Source: a virus
Lineage: Duplodnaviria; Heunggongvirae; Uroviricota; Caudoviricetes
DNA length: 57,499 nt
Strand: one strand, 5' to 3'
IMG/VR virus record: IMGVR_UViG_2541047758_000011
The notes under the pieces were generated by a model that saw only the letters and a program-made list of their open reading frames with translations, was not told where the DNA came from and made no database searches. Shown here piece after piece: positions 31,620 through 41,762 of the stretch. The translations under genes were made by a program, and so were the position numbers. Numbering within the stretch: position 1 is the first letter of the stretch; each line of letters opens with the position of its first letter.

Positions 31620-33818
31620 TTACTGCTGTGGTTGTTGCTGAGTTGATTTTTGCAGGATGCTGTTGATGTCCATGCGCTGCGCATGGCCCTGCGCCTGACT
31701 TTTCAGGACAAGCTCTGCATCAGCACGGGCATTGTCTCCTTGCTGTTGCTGGAACTGTCCGAGCAGTTTCAGAGCCTCGCGGATATCAGATTTCTGCTGG
31801 CTATCGGCAGATGCGAGGATTTTCACAACATTTGCCGCAGCAACCTGAGCATCAGTCTGTGCCTGGAATGCTTTAACCTGAATGGCTGCCTGTTCGTTCT
31901 GCGCTTTCTGCAATTCAGCCTGACCAGCAAGAAGCTGACCTTGCGCAGCAACCATAGCCGGATCTGGCTGACTGGCCTGTTGTTGTTTCGCCTGCTCAAC
32001 CATCTGCTGTTCTTCTGGTGTTCTCGGCTTGATAACACCAGACAGAAGCAACTGATTGCGGTTGTATTCTTTAAGGTCGCCCATCCCCTCTCCGTCCATA
32101 TTGTCGAGAATCATCGACGATACAAGGTCGTGCTTCGGCGTTCCTGGTGGGATAAGTGCCAGCATGGAAAGTAACGACTTAACCGTTGCATCACGGCGAG
32201 TAGCGAACGACTGACCAACATCGACAGTCACTTCATAGTTACCCTGCGAAAGGTCGTTAAGCGCGATAACCTGCCCTGTCTGACGGTCAACCACTTCACC
32301 AGTCATCAGCGCCACGTCATCGCTGCCGTCCTCATTAACGATACGCATCGGCGTATCGCTGCCATAGACTTCACGCGCCATAGAAAGCCACACAACGCCA
32401 GCGCGACGCATGGATTTAGCCATGTTGTCCATGTAGATATAAGACTGCGTATCCATCCGGTTAAAGATGCTATCAACGGTATCGGTGGCGACGTTGCTCG
32501 GCATGTTCTCAAGCTGCGACGCACCTGTAATTTGCTGAATAGCCGTTCCGGTGTACTGCAATAGCCCGGCAAGAGCTGGAGGCATTTGTGTCGGAGGCGT
32601 ATAACTGCTGACCTGAGCCTGCGCAGTAATATCTCCGTTTTTGTTTTTCAGACTGACCATCGGCAGGAACGCCGGGCGCTTTTTGTTGCGCTCCGCCCAA
32701 TGAGTGGCGAGAGGACCAGGAATCATGTCAACATCAACTACAGGAATGCCATCACCGCCAGCCTGAGTAGCGTTATCTGCAATCATGGAAACCATCAGGT
32801 TCTCAAGACGCTGTGCATCCATCGCTTTTGCTGCGTGACCTTCGATTCGCTCCTGATTATCAACAAATGATCGACGCCCATATACCGGGATGAGAGGAAT
32901 ATGTTCGCCCGGAATACGCTTCGGTTCTTCCAGCCATTCAGCGCCAGACAGAAGACCGCAATAAACTCGGCGCTTCTTCACCGTTCGCTCGCCAATCATT
33001 TCGAATGCACCATCGGTCAGCTCGTCGACAATATCTTTGATTTGCTCTTCATCATAAATTGCCGTTTCTCCGCTAACAGGGTTGCGCCACGCCGTGAGCT
33101 TCACCTTCTCTATGCGAACTTCGTAGTAGCGTCCAACATAGATGGCATCGGGCGTTGACCAGTCATACTGAGTACCAGTGTCATCACGAGAAAGGCTTGC
33201 CGCGATGGAATCAGGGTATTCAGCCTCGAACGCTTTAGGCGTCATGGAGAACATTTCCATAGCCCACATAGCATCAGAGCGGTCATATTGCTTGCTGTCC
33301 TGATCGAAGAAAACGCATGTCGCTGGGTCGTAAACAGGAAGAAGGCTGATGCGGCGCTGCTCGTTACTCGGATCCATTTCATCTTCGTAATCGGCACACA
33401 TGCGGAAACAACCGAATCCGCCCGTTACAGCATCATCAAATGCGTTATCACACGCTTCGCCACCGGATGTTTCCTGATAGTCAGCGCGGAATTTGCCGTT
33501 CATCTTTTCGGCTAACGCTTCCGATGCCTTGTCATCCTTCGGCCTGAATTTAACGCTGATGCGATTCTGTCGATACTCGCCAATGATGCGATCACATTCA
33601 CGGGCAATCTTATTTAGTTCAAAGCGCGGGTAATGCTCAAACCTGCCTTCATCAAATGAGTAACCAGCGTTTGTGCTGCCTTCCCACTGTGCGCCGGATA
33701 CCCGGACGAAACGTTGAGCCTCAATAATCTGCTCACGCATATCCTGCGTTGCTGACCAGGCATTATCAAAGTTGCACAGCACCTTGCGATGCCAGTCAGT
33801 CATCTTTTTTTCTGCCAT
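31620..33818 (-). CDS. Portal protein (P22 gp1-like)
   Basis: 732 aa with portal-like segments (..GEHIPLIPVYG.., ..PEEQQMVEQAKQQQASQPDPAMVAAQGQLLAGQAELQKAQN..) as in P22 portal. Confidence 0.9.
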   Translation of the reverse strand: MAEKKMTDWHRKVLCNFDNAWSATQDMREQIIEAQRFVRVSGAQWEGSTNAGYSFDEGRFEHYPRFELNKIARECDRIIGEYRQNRISVKFRPKDDKASEALAEKMNGKFRADYQETSGGEACDNAFDDAVTGGFGCFRMCADYEDEMDPSNEQRRISLLPVYDPATCVFFDQDSKQYDRSDAMWAMEMFSMTPKAFEAEYPDSIAASLSRDDTGTQYDWSTPDAIYVGRYYEVRIEKVKLTAWRNPVSGETAIYDEEQIKDIVDELTDGAFEMIGERTVKKRRVYCGLLSGAEWLEEPKRIPGEHIPLIPVYGRRSFVDNQERIEGHAAKAMDAQRLENLMVSMIADNATQAGGDGIPVVDVDMIPGPLATHWAERNKKRPAFLPMVSLKNKNGDITAQAQVSSYTPPTQMPPALAGLLQYTGTAIQQITGASQLENMPSNVATDTVDSIFNRMDTQSYIYMDNMAKSMRRAGVVWLSMAREVYGSDTPMRIVNEDGSDDVALMTGEVVDRQTGQVIALNDLSQGNYEVTVDVGQSFATRRDATVKSLLSMLALIPPGTPKHDLVSSMILDNMDGEGMGDLKEYNRNQLLLSGVIKPRTPEEQQMVEQAKQQQASQPDPAMVAAQGQLLAGQAELQKAQNEQAAIQVKAFQAQTDAQVAAANVVKILASADSQQKSDIREALKLLGQFQQQQGDNARADAELVLKSQAQGHAQRMDINSILQKSTQQQPQQ

Positions 33819-33819
33819 A

Positions 33820-35235
33820 TCAACCTACACCACAAGGAATTGAGTAACTGGAATAGTCGGGTTGCGCAGCCGACTCCGGGCAATGCATACACATCATCAG
33901 CGCATCAGCCAGGTTAGGAGATGGAATACCGAGCTTCTGCTTCATTTCGACCTTAGTCATAAGCTCCAGCTTCCCGTTGTTATTGAATTTGCGCTGAATC
34001 TGCGTCAGTTCTGCAAACAGCTTCTCCAGCATCTTCTCGCCTATCGCTTCTTTGTCGAAACTCAGCATGTCGTCGGGGTCTGCATACTCACCGTGAACAA
34101 CCGCCCGATATGTCAGATACAGCCTGTCAGCCAGCGCGTAATAGAATTGCGCTCGCTTATTGCGGAATACATCGCCAATAGTGCGAACGTTGTCGCCCTG
34201 TACGACTTCATCAGCCCATGCTCCGGCCTGATAAGGCGCATCTTCATCGAATGGCGATTCGCTGCCCTTGAACATCGTGGCGGTGATTTTCTTACCGGAG
34301 AATGCTTCCGTTGTCTGTCTGCGTAGCCCGGCACCAACACCATCACCATCCCACAGGTAATGGTCAGCACCGTCTTCAATCGCCAGCGAAGTAGCCCAGT
34401 CAGCCCCCTCGTTGATATCCATCAGCAGACCTTCGGCAATGCGCTTAACTACCGAACCGTGGCGCGATGCATAACCTTTAGCATCCGGTCCTGTATCTGA
34501 TGGGTCATGTGCAGAGACAACCGCGCCCTTCGCTTTCCATCCGAGTTTCTTGTGCGCATCGGTTGCGGCTTCAAGCCATTCTCGCTTGATGATTGCCATA
34601 TCACTTGCGCTCACTGGCTCACCAAGCCAGATGTGACGATACAGTGTCGGGTTTCTGCGTTTACACTCTTCCATCTCCAGACGGAGAACTTCAGGAAAGT
34701 GCGGGTTGTCGGTGTAGTTCACCGTCAGCAGACAAATATCATCGGGAGGGTTTACTACGAATCGCTGATAGGTATCGTCGAGGATGTTTTTCGGGTTGAA
34801 GCTCACCCATATTTCGGAAAATGGCTTGCGGATGGTTGGGATCAGGATATCCCATGATTCCTTCGTTACCGCTTCCGCTTCTTCCACCCAGCAGATATCA
34901 ATACCTTCGAGCGATTTAATCTTCGTCGGGTTGTTTTTGATGCCGTAGAACATGAATTCAGCATTCGTTCCGAGATGACGAATCATTGAACGCTGAATTT
35001 CAAACTCAGCTGAATACCCTTCACGCTCGATGGTATCTTCAAGCAGCCGGATTACCGAATCACTGATACTGTTTTGCAGTTCACGAGCACAGAGGATGCG
35101 CACCGGCTGCCGACGCGCCGCTTCAACAAGCAGCCTCGCAATTGCCCATGATTTACCGCTACCTCGACCGCCTTTGGCGACTTTGTAGCGATGCGCCTCA
35201 ATGAACGGTTCAAAGATAGGATTAATCGAGGTCAT
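33820..35235 (-). CDS. Terminase large subunit
   Basis: N-terminal Walker A (KGGRGSGKSW) ATPase plus nuclease domain; directly upstream of portal. Confidence 0.88.
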   Translation of the reverse strand: MTSINPIFEPFIEAHRYKVAKGGRGSGKSWAIARLLVEAARRQPVRILCARELQNSISDSVIRLLEDTIEREGYSAEFEIQRSMIRHLGTNAEFMFYGIKNNPTKIKSLEGIDICWVEEAEAVTKESWDILIPTIRKPFSEIWVSFNPKNILDDTYQRFVVNPPDDICLLTVNYTDNPHFPEVLRLEMEECKRRNPTLYRHIWLGEPVSASDMAIIKREWLEAATDAHKKLGWKAKGAVVSAHDPSDTGPDAKGYASRHGSVVKRIAEGLLMDINEGADWATSLAIEDGADHYLWDGDGVGAGLRRQTTEAFSGKKITATMFKGSESPFDEDAPYQAGAWADEVVQGDNVRTIGDVFRNKRAQFYYALADRLYLTYRAVVHGEYADPDDMLSFDKEAIGEKMLEKLFAELTQIQRKFNNNGKLELMTKVEMKQKLGIPSPNLADALMMCMHCPESAAQPDYSSYSIPCGVG

Positions 35236-35657
35236 TTTCCGAATAGAGTGCTCATCGGTGATGTTTCAATCTGGATTGCGCCGCCGTCTTTGCCGACAAG
35301 CTCATTAGTTACCTTGTCGCCATACTTACGTGGATTCATTCGGGCCAGCGCCCATTTGCGGGTATCAACGCGAAGTCTTGCCTTTGCCACCTCAGCAGCA
35401 TCTGGAATCGCATTGTCAGCAATTTCGAATATCTCTTCGAAAATAGAATCAGCTCGTGCCTCAGTTGCCTTCGCGTACTTGTCTCTAAATTCGTCATGCT
35501 CTGACAGCCAGCGAAATACAGTAGCCTTTGCTGGCATGCCGGGGCGCTTGCAAACCTTAACCAGACTTTCCCCGGAGGCAAGCAGCGCACAGATATCATC
35601 AGCCACCTCCGGCAGGTAATCCGAAGGGCGACCGACGTTCTTTTTCTCAGTCGCCAT
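35232..35657 (-). CDS. Terminase small subunit
   Basis: 141 aa with HTH (..PAKATVFRWLSEHDEFRDKYAKA..), 4-nt overlap with terL. Confidence 0.75.
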   Translation of the reverse strand: MATEKKNVGRPSDYLPEVADDICALLASGESLVKVCKRPGMPAKATVFRWLSEHDEFRDKYAKATEARADSIFEEIFEIADNAIPDAAEVAKARLRVDTRKWALARMNPRKYGDKVTNELVGKDGGAIQIETSPMSTLFGK

Positions 35658-35736
35658 ATTGATTATTTCCCTTCTGCTTGCTTATCCCATTCATCGCGGA
35701 ATTTGGATGGGTTGTCGAAACCTTGAGTTGCCATGT

Positions 35737-35979
35737 TTATGCTCCGGTAGTGAACAGGTCTAACGCTTCCTTCGATTTACGCACCGCTTCGATAGTGCGG
35801 GTCGTGATATCCGAATTAGCGCCGCCTGACTGGAAGTGAATTTTGAATAGCTCAAGCTTCAGCTCGTCAGTACCAATGAACTGAAATGCTTCCTCTGCTG
35901 CTGCGTTCTGGTTCATGACCAGTTTGTAAATCTCTAGCTGGAATTTCTGTTCTTCAGTCATGGGAATAATCTCTGCCAT
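35737..35979 (-). CDS. Hypothetical protein (80 aa)
   Basis: ORF upstream of terS. Confidence 0.45.
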   Translation of the reverse strand: MAEIIPMTEEQKFQLEIYKLVMNQNAAAEEAFQFIGTDELKLELFKIHFQSGGANSDITTRTIEAVRKSKEALDLFTTGA

Positions 35980-36337
35980 TGTTGGCTCCGTTTATCCGTT
36001 AAAAGGGATATCAGTTAAGTTATCCCGTGCAGGGTATAAGCCATTGTCGAGACCACTCATTGAATGGCCTCTGCAATAACCGATGTCTTTCCATCAGTCC
36101 GCCACCACAAAGAATCTTTTTTTGCCATAAGGCAGGAGGTTTATCTTTCAGTGGCTGCCAGTGTTATTTCCCCACTTACTGGCTTGGGTTGTTTCGCTGT
36201 ACTGCCGTAACTGGTTGCCCAGAATAAATTCCGGTTTCATTATCAAGCCCACCCGTAGATAGGCTTTGTAATGGATAGCCGTTGCTCAGTTCTCGTAATG
36301 CTTTGATTTTTCCGATAACGCAGTTTTGCGTTTGCCA

Positions 36338-36859
36338 TCAGCACGCGATATCGAGAGTCAACTGCAGTTGCTCGCGCCAGTACTCAACATTTGCTTCAAT
36401 AACCGGCTTATCCCATCGCCAGCGAGCCATCTCTCTTGCCCCATTGCTGGCTTTTGATTTCCGGTCATCGCGAATGCGACATGCTTGCTCATATTTCTGC
36501 TGCTCAGTCAGTTCACCGCGAAGCAGACTATCAATGTGCAGGTCGCACCACACAGCAAAACGAGCATCACACCAACGGGCAAATGCAACTGAAAGTTTTG
36601 GATGTAGCCACGTACCACCACCCCTATCCTTTCGTGCCTTGCTGGTTTTTACATACCTCGATTGTGAGGGATGTAAAATTTGAGATTCTTTCCCGGTCAA
36701 CGCTTCGTCTAAAGCACGAACGTATTCAAGCGTTTCTGCCAAACGCATCCAGTTATCAATGCGTTTCCCAAATCTCTCAGCAACACCTGTGACGTTGATC
36801 CAACCATCAGTGTTGAAACTGACAATTTCACCTTTGTAATTAAGTGGCACGATATTCAT
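36338..36859 (-). CDS. KilA-N domain protein
   Basis: N-terminal ..VPLNYKGEIVSFNTDGWINVTGVAERFGKRIDNWMR.. and ..WLHPKLSVAFARWCDARFAVW.. resemble the KilA-N fold. Confidence 0.6.
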   Translation of the reverse strand: MNIVPLNYKGEIVSFNTDGWINVTGVAERFGKRIDNWMRLAETLEYVRALDEALTGKESQILHPSQSRYVKTSKARKDRGGGTWLHPKLSVAFARWCDARFAVWCDLHIDSLLRGELTEQQKYEQACRIRDDRKSKASNGAREMARWRWDKPVIEANVEYWREQLQLTLDIAC

Positions 36860-37004
36860 AACGTTTACCTACCATTTGAAATGAACCTTTGCCGCATAGG
36901 AAACCAGCCCACCGAGGCTCGCCAGCACTAACTGGTATCCTCAAAGGCCCATTCCAAAGGGGCAGGTTCGGTGTAAAAAACATGCGTTGCGGTACGCATT
37001 TATT

Positions 37005-37030
37005 GCAAAAAAGCCCCACATCGCGGGGCT
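37005..37030 (-). terminator. Rho-independent terminator after Rz (gagccccgcgatgtggggc + T6 on minus strand)
   Basis: Hairpin followed by tttttt on the coding strand of Rz. Confidence 0.7.
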
Positions 37031-37062
37031 CATTAAATGGACTTTGTGATTTGCAAAAAAAA

Positions 37063-37500
37063 TTATTTCAGGCATTGCGTCCTGATGTACTCCTGCAGGT
37101 AGTTAACCTGCGCGGTTATCTTGTCGATTCCACTTCTGAGACGGTAATAATTGAGTTCAGCATCTGCTGTAAGTCTTGGGCTTTCTCCATCGCCCATGCT
37201 GCTGGCTCCGGTCGTTGACTTTGCACAGGTGGCAGCGACTTGCAGGCGCTTACGACCAGCAGAAACATCATCACGGAGACTTTCGATAGTCGCGTTAGCA
37301 TCAGCAAGCTCCTTTGTATATCTGGCGTCGAGTTCTGCTACGTCACGTTGACGCTTCTGCATGTCAGCGATGATGGATGTGGCTTTATCGCGCTGCTCCT
37401 TGTAGGCGATGGCGTTATCACGGTAATGATTAACAGCCCATAACAGGCAGACGATGATGCAGATAATCAGAGCGGAGATAATCGCGGTGACTCTGCTCAT
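37063..37500 (-). CDS. Rz: Rz i-spanin
   Basis: N-terminal TM ([18 protein letters not shown]) then coiled coil; downstream of R. Confidence 0.85.
   Translation of the reverse strand: MSRVTAIISALIICIIVCLLWAVNHYRDNAIAYKEQRDKATSIIADMQKRQRDVAELDARYTKELADANATIESLRDDVSAGRKRLQVAATCAKSTTGASSMGDGESPRLTADAELNYYRLRSGIDKITAQVNYLQEYIRTQCLK
37116..37307 (-). CDS. Rz1: Rz1 o-spanin lipoprotein, embedded in Rz in another frame
   Basis: Lipobox-like ..LLVVSACKS.. and Pro-rich mature part; fully inside Rz. Confidence 0.6.
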   Translation of the reverse strand: MLMLTRLSKVSVMMFLLVVSACKSLPPVQSQRPEPAAWAMEKAQDLQQMLNSIITVSEVESTR

Positions 37501-37973
37501 ACCTCAATCTCTCTGACCGTTCCGCCTGCTTCTTTGAATTTTGAAATCAGACTGTCAGCCTTATGCTCGAACTGACCATAACCAGCCCCGGGCAACGAAG
37601 CCCAGATATTGCTGCAACGGTCGATTGCCTGACGGATATCACCGCGATCAATCATCGGCAAAGCGCCACGCTCTTTAATCTGTTGCAATGCCACAGCGTC
37701 CTGGCTTTTCGGAGAGAAGTCTTTCAGGCCAAGCTGCTTACGGTATGCATCCCACCAACGTGAAAGAAGCTGGTAACGTCCGGCGGCTGTTGATTTGAGT
37801 TTGGGGTTTAGCGTGACAAGTTTGCGAGGGTGATCGGAGTAATCAGTGAATAGCTCTCCGCCAACAATGACGTCATAACCATGATTTCTGGTTTTCTGAC
37901 GTCCGTTATCAGTTCCCTCTGACCACGCCAGCATATCGAGGAACGCCTTACGTTGATTATTGATTTCCACCAT
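37497..37973 (-). CDS. R: Endolysin R (lytic transglycosylase)
   Basis: 158 aa [51 protein letters not shown]... lambda R. Confidence 0.95.
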   Translation of the reverse strand: MVEINNQRKAFLDMLAWSEGTDNGRQKTRNHGYDVIVGGELFTDYSDHPRKLVTLNPKLKSTAAGRYQLLSRWWDAYRKQLGLKDFSPKSQDAVALQQIKERGALPMIDRGDIRQAIDRCSNIWASLPGAGYGQFEHKADSLISKFKEAGGTVREIEV

Positions 37974-38280
37974 CTTCTACTCCGGCTTTTTTAGCAGCGA
38001 AGCGTTTGATAAGCGAACCAATCGAGTCAGTACCGATGTAGCCGATGAACACGCTCGTTATATAAGCGAGATTGCTACTTAGTCCGGCGAAGTCGAGAAG
38101 GTCACGAATGAACCAGGCGATAATGGCGCACATCGTTGCGTCGATTACTGTTTTTGTAAACGCACCGCCATTATATCTGCCGCGAAGGTACGCCATTGCA
38201 AACGCAAGGATTGCCCCGATGCCTTGTTCCTTTGCCGCGAGAATGGCGGCTAACAGGTCATGTTTTTCTGGCATCTTCAT
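37957..38280 (-). CDS. S: Holin S
   Basis: 107 aa [39 protein letters not shown]... lambda S107/S105 dual start. Confidence 0.95.
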   Translation of the reverse strand: MKMPEKHDLLAAILAAKEQGIGAILAFAMAYLRGRYNGGAFTKTVIDATMCAIIAWFIRDLLDFAGLSSNLAYITSVFIGYIGTDSIGSLIKRFAAKKAGVEDGGNQ

Positions 38281-38522
38281 GTCTTACCCCCAATAAGGGG
38301 ATTTGCTCTATTTAATTAGGAATAAGGTCGATTACTGATAGAACAAATCCAGGCTACTGTGTTTAGTAATCAGATTTGTTCGTGACCGATATGCACGGGC
38401 AAAACGGCATGAGGTTGTTAGCGCAACCCCTTGCCACCCGCTTTCACGAAGATCATGTGTAGAAGGCCGCAGCGTAACTATCACTGATGAATTCAGAATA
38501 GCCAGTGGCTACGGCTCAGTTA

Positions 38523-38598
38523 TGGTGCTGGTTAACGGACTTGAACCGCTACCCATTCGCTTACAAGACGACTGCTCTACCATTAGAGCTAAACCAGC
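38523..38598 (-). tRNA. Phage tRNA-like gene, anticodon read as UGU (Thr); one mismatch in anticodon stem
   Basis: Manual fold: 7-bp acceptor stem (GCTGGTT/AACCAGC), D-arm GCTC/GAGC, T-loop TTCAAGT, discriminator A + CCA; anticodon loop CTTGTAA. Confidence 0.5.
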
Positions 38599-38603
38599 AT
38601 GTT

Positions 38604-38678
38604 TGGCGGGACAGCGTGGACTCGAACCACGATAAGAAGGTTAACAGCCTTCCGTAATGACCTTTATACGACTGACCC
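38604..38678 (-). tRNA. Phage tRNA-like gene, anticodon read as GUU (Asn); atypical D-arm
   Basis: Manual fold: T-arm CGTGG-TTCGAGT-CCACG, anticodon stem GAAGG/CCTTC with loop CTGTTAA, 3' ...GCCA; acceptor 6/7 pairs, D-stem 3/4. Confidence 0.45.
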
Positions 38679-38682
38679 AAAT

Positions 38683-38730
38683 AAAAAATCCCGAAACCGT
38701 TATGCAGGCTCTAACTATTACCTGCGAACT
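38683..38730 (-). terminator. tR' terminator of the late 6S transcript
   Basis: atcccgaaac...gtttcgggat + T6 (minus strand), recalled as lambda tR'. Confidence 0.85.
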
Positions 38731-38839
38731 GTTTCGGGATTGCATTTTACAGACCTCTCAGCCTGCGATGGTTGGAGTTCCAGACGATGCGTCGAAGTGA
38801 CCAACTAGGCGGAATCGGTAGTAAGCGCCGCCTCTTTTT

Positions 38840-38915
38840 ATCTCACTACCACAACGAGCGAATTAACCCATTGTTGGGTCAAATTTACCCAACTTTATTC
38901 AAAAAGTCAATATCA
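38840..38915 (-). promoter_or_regulatory. Late promoter pR' with qut region
   Basis: Minus-strand TTGACT -35 and downstream sequence resembling lambda pR'/qut between Q and tR'. Confidence 0.7.
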
Positions 38916-38952
38916 TGCCGTTAATATGTTGCCATCCGTGGCAATCATGCTG

Positions 38953-39576
38953 CTAACGTGTGACCGCGTTCAAAATGTTGTCTGCGATTGACTCTTCCTT
39001 GTGGCATTGAACCACCAGAGCGTCATACAGCGGCTTAACAGTGCGTGACCAGGTGGGTTGAGTAAGATTTGGGATTAGCATCGTTACAGCGCGATATGCG
39101 GCGCTTGCTGGTATTCTTGAATAGCCGACACCTTTGCATCTTCCGCATTCTTTCTCGACAACTCTCCCCCACTGCTCTGTTTTTGCTATATCAACCGCAC
39201 GGCCTGTACCGTGGCAATCTCTGCACCTTGCTCCCGGCGTCGCGGCACTACGGCAATAATCCGCATAAGCGAATGTTGCGAGCACTTGCAGTACCTTTGC
39301 CTTAGTATTTCCTTCAAGCTTTGCCACGCCACGGTATTTCCCCGATACCTTGTGTGCAAATTGCATCAGATAGTTGATAGCCTTTTGTTTGTCATTCTGG
39401 CTGAGTTCGTGCTTACCACAGAATGCAGCCATTCCGAATCCGGCTTGTGATTGCGCCATCCCCATAGCAGCCATCACATCAGTACCGGAAAGAGAGTCAG
39501 AAGCCGTAGCCCGTGGTGAGTCGCTCATCATCGGGCTTTTTGGCGAATGAAATTTAGCTACACTTTCGAGTCTCAT
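38953..39576 (-). CDS. Q: Late antiterminator Q
   Basis: 207 aa MRLESVAKFHSPKSPMMSDSPRATASDSLSGTDVMAAMGMAQSQAGFGMAAFCGKHEL... lambda Q. Confidence 0.95.
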   Translation of the reverse strand: MRLESVAKFHSPKSPMMSDSPRATASDSLSGTDVMAAMGMAQSQAGFGMAAFCGKHELSQNDKQKAINYLMQFAHKVSGKYRGVAKLEGNTKAKVLQVLATFAYADYCRSAATPGARCRDCHGTGRAVDIAKTEQWGRVVEKECGRCKGVGYSRIPASAAYRAVTMLIPNLTQPTWSRTVKPLYDALVVQCHKEESIADNILNAVTR

Positions 39577-39761
39577 GGTCTACCCCTCTTGCCCTGTTTG
39601 ACCATCAGGACGCCGTTAACTATTACGTGACGCTCGCCTTTGCTGTCTCGGTTGTACTTGAGCACTGTTCCTCTTGCGCAGGAAAGCATCCTCGCCACTT
39701 CGGTCTGATTTCCTCGTGTCTGGATAAGCAGTTCTGGTATCGTTTGAATTGTGGCGTTCAT
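39573..39761 (-). CDS. ninH: NinH-like protein
   Basis: ..GNQTEVARMLSCARGTVLKYNRDSKGERHVIVNGVLMV.. resembles lambda NinH; directly upstream of Q. Confidence 0.75.
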   Translation of the reverse strand: MNATIQTIPELLIQTRGNQTEVARMLSCARGTVLKYNRDSKGERHVIVNGVLMVKQGKRGRP

Positions 39762-40120
39762 ACGCTCTCCAGTTCGGTGATTTTTATTCCAAGCCGTCCG
39801 CCTGGTACTTTCACACCACGAATTACGCGAATATCATCGAATTGCTCGTCGTCTTCCGCAAATCCGGCGTGGATAAGGGAGTCGAGTAAACCTTTCAGGA
39901 TGTTGTCGAGGTCGCGGCGGCGGGAGTCTGGAACGTCTGCGATGACTTTGATGCGGAGTCGTGATTTGGTGAAAATGTCTAACTTAAGTTGGCGGATGAT
40001 TTGCTGAACGTCTTTTCGGTATTTCTGGCCTTTATCGCTGATGTAGTATTGGCTTCCCCGTCTTCGCCAGTAGGTATTCACCGACGGCGGGTATGGAAGC
40101 ACAAACTGATATTCGTTCAT
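39758..40120 (-). CDS. rusA: Holliday junction resolvase RusA
   Basis: 120 aa with ..DVPDSRRRDLDNILKGLLDSLIHAGF.. RusA signature. Confidence 0.85.
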   Translation of the reverse strand: MNEYQFVLPYPPSVNTYWRRRGSQYYISDKGQKYRKDVQQIIRQLKLDIFTKSRLRIKVIADVPDSRRRDLDNILKGLLDSLIHAGFAEDDEQFDDIRVIRGVKVPGGRLGIKITELESV

Positions 40121-40407
40121 GACTTAATCTTCCCCTCCTTCAGCAGTATCGCCTGCGTCCTGATCACGCCTTCGAGGTGGTAAAGTCTGGCGTCTTTGTT
40201 GTCGAGATTATGGGTGCGTCGGTCGATTTCATCGTGACACGCGCTACAAGCCCATGCGCCGATCAGGTCGTCAGGCTTCATTCCAGTTCCGCAAATTCCA
40301 GCCATCCGGTAATGTGCCAGAACTGTAGTTTCAGGATTGCCATTGCATACGCCGTAAATACGTACCTGGCATTCTCTGCCGCGCGCTTCTTTGCGTAGGT
40401 TAGCCAT
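40117..40407 (-). CDS. DUF1364/YbcO-like putative nuclease
   Basis: ..ARGRECQVRIYGVCNGNPETTVLAHYRMAGICGTGMKPDDLIGAWACSACHDEIDRRTH.. resembles DLP12 YbcO. Confidence 0.7.
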   Translation of the reverse strand: MANLRKEARGRECQVRIYGVCNGNPETTVLAHYRMAGICGTGMKPDDLIGAWACSACHDEIDRRTHNLDNKDARLYHLEGVIRTQAILLKEGKIKS

Positions 40408-40676
40408 TATGGTTCACTCCAGTAATTCTCAATTGCAACAGCCATTCTCTGCATCCACTCAGCCAGCTTTAACGCGGCTTCTCTTTCAGAACCACATTTA
40501 GGGAAATCCTTCATTTCCATGCTGGCCTTATATGTTCTGAATGCCAGGTCTCCGGTAATAACCAACTCCTGATCAAGCACCGAGCGTTTATTCCGGTGTT
40601 GAACGTAATAGACAGATTCAGTCCGCATTTCTTCTCTGTCTTTTTTGAAGGAAATAAGCTCAGAGAAATCACTCAT
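40407..40676 (-). CDS. Hypothetical nin-region protein (89 aa)
   Basis: ORF between NinF and YbcO-like gene. Confidence 0.45.
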   Translation of the reverse strand: MSDFSELISFKKDREEMRTESVYYVQHRNKRSVLDQELVITGDLAFRTYKASMEMKDFPKCGSEREAALKLAEWMQRMAVAIENYWSEP

Positions 40677-40839
40677 CGTCTTCTTCCTCGTACATTGAGC
40701 TATTCGGATCGCTCATCAGTTCTGCGCAGCAGTGCTCACACACGTGAACTTCCAGCACATGCAGCTTCTGACCGCAGTTAGCGCACGTTAAAGCTCGCTC
40801 GACACTTCCTTGTTCGTAACTTCGATTTGGGTCAATCAC
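40669..40839 (-). CDS. ninF: NinF-like protein (GTG start)
   Basis: Manual translation [56 protein letters not shown] resembles lambda NinF; below ORF track threshold. Confidence 0.65.
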   Translation of the reverse strand: MIDPNRSYEQGSVERALTCANCGQKLHVLEVHVCEHCCAELMSDPNSSMYEEEDDE

Positions 40840-41018
40840 CTTGTTTTCCTCGCACGTTCTCTAAGCCACCGGATATCCCACAGGTGAGCCGTGTAATTGA
40901 AGGTTTTTACGTCAGATTCTTTTGGGATTGGCTTGCGTTTATTTCTGGAGCGTTTCGTTGGAAGGTATTTGCAGTTTTCGCAGATGATGTCGGTGAAACT
41001 TCGTCGCTGTCGTCTCAT
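40836..41018 (-). CDS. ninE: NinE-like protein
   Basis: [52 protein letters not shown]... lambda NinE. Confidence 0.8.
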   Translation of the reverse strand: MRRQRRSFTDIICENCKYLPTKRSRNKRKPIPKESDVKTFNYTAHLWDIRWLRERARKTR

Positions 41019-41461
41019 GCCGCCCTCCCTTTTCGTTGTGACCATTCATACTCTCGCCGGGAGTCATCACTCCACCGCACGTTGCGCTCTGAGCCGAACC
41101 AAAACATGATTTCGATAAGCTCAGTCATGCTGGCCTTTCGCATTTTGCTGGTACGCACGCCAAGCATGACAACGCCACCGTCGATACCAGGAACACTTCG
41201 TTGCTCCAGTTTTTTGGTCTTAAGCCACAGGGCAGTGAACAGGTCTTTCCAGTCTTCCGGTGCAAGCCGTTGACCATGCCATAGCACCTGACGCGAAACA
41301 TCGTTCAGCATCGGCCACATACGGTCATTCTGCGCTTTGCTGCGTTTGGGTTCTTTAAGGTGGACTTCGTGGGGTGACTTGTCGTCGATGGGAAGTGAGA
41401 GTATTGCGTCTATGGCGTTATTTCTGATTGCTTCGTTGCGAAGCATGTATATTTGCTTCAT
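41015..41461 (-). CDS. ninB: NinB/Orf-family recombination protein
   Basis: ..[36 protein letters not shown].. resembles lambda NinB. Confidence 0.8.
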   Translation of the reverse strand: MKQIYMLRNEAIRNNAIDAILSLPIDDKSPHEVHLKEPKRSKAQNDRMWPMLNDVSRQVLWHGQRLAPEDWKDLFTALWLKTKKLEQRSVPGIDGGVVMLGVRTSKMRKASMTELIEIMFWFGSERNVRWSDDSRREYEWSQRKGRAA

Positions 41462-41762
41462 CGAAATTCTTCTCTTTAATTCCAGCGGCTCTGATAGCTT
41501 TCATCACTGCAATTACCGTTTTGTCCTTCCCATCCTCATGCCCCATCGCATAAGCACCTTCTTCACCATCTTTCCAAAAGTCGTCATTCGATTCTGGCCA
41601 GTCGATATCCAGTTCAATAGCTGCTCGCGATGCCTGCCATGCCTCCCATGCAATCTCGACCTTGATGTGCATAATCTTCATCACGTCACTTGAAACGTGA
41701 TATTTGTTTTTAAACCATTCTTCAAACTGCTTTCTTGATTCGTCCATATTCCTCTCCATCAC
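41418..41762 (-). CDS. Hypothetical protein (114 aa)
   Basis: ORF upstream of ninB. Confidence 0.45.
   Translation of the reverse strand: MMERNMDESRKQFEEWFKNKYHVSSDVMKIMHIKVEIAWEAWQASRAAIELDIDWPESNDDFWKDGEEGAYAMGHEDGKDKTVIAVMKAIRAAGIKEKNFDEANIHASQRSNQK

Noticed and set aside
36027-36683. + strand ORFs of 66-133 aa opposite KilA-N
   Set aside because: Antisense to a recognisable minus-strand gene and without motifs.
38599-38808. 69-aa + strand ORF
   Set aside because: Overlaps the tRNA-like genes and tR' on the opposite strand; no coding signal.
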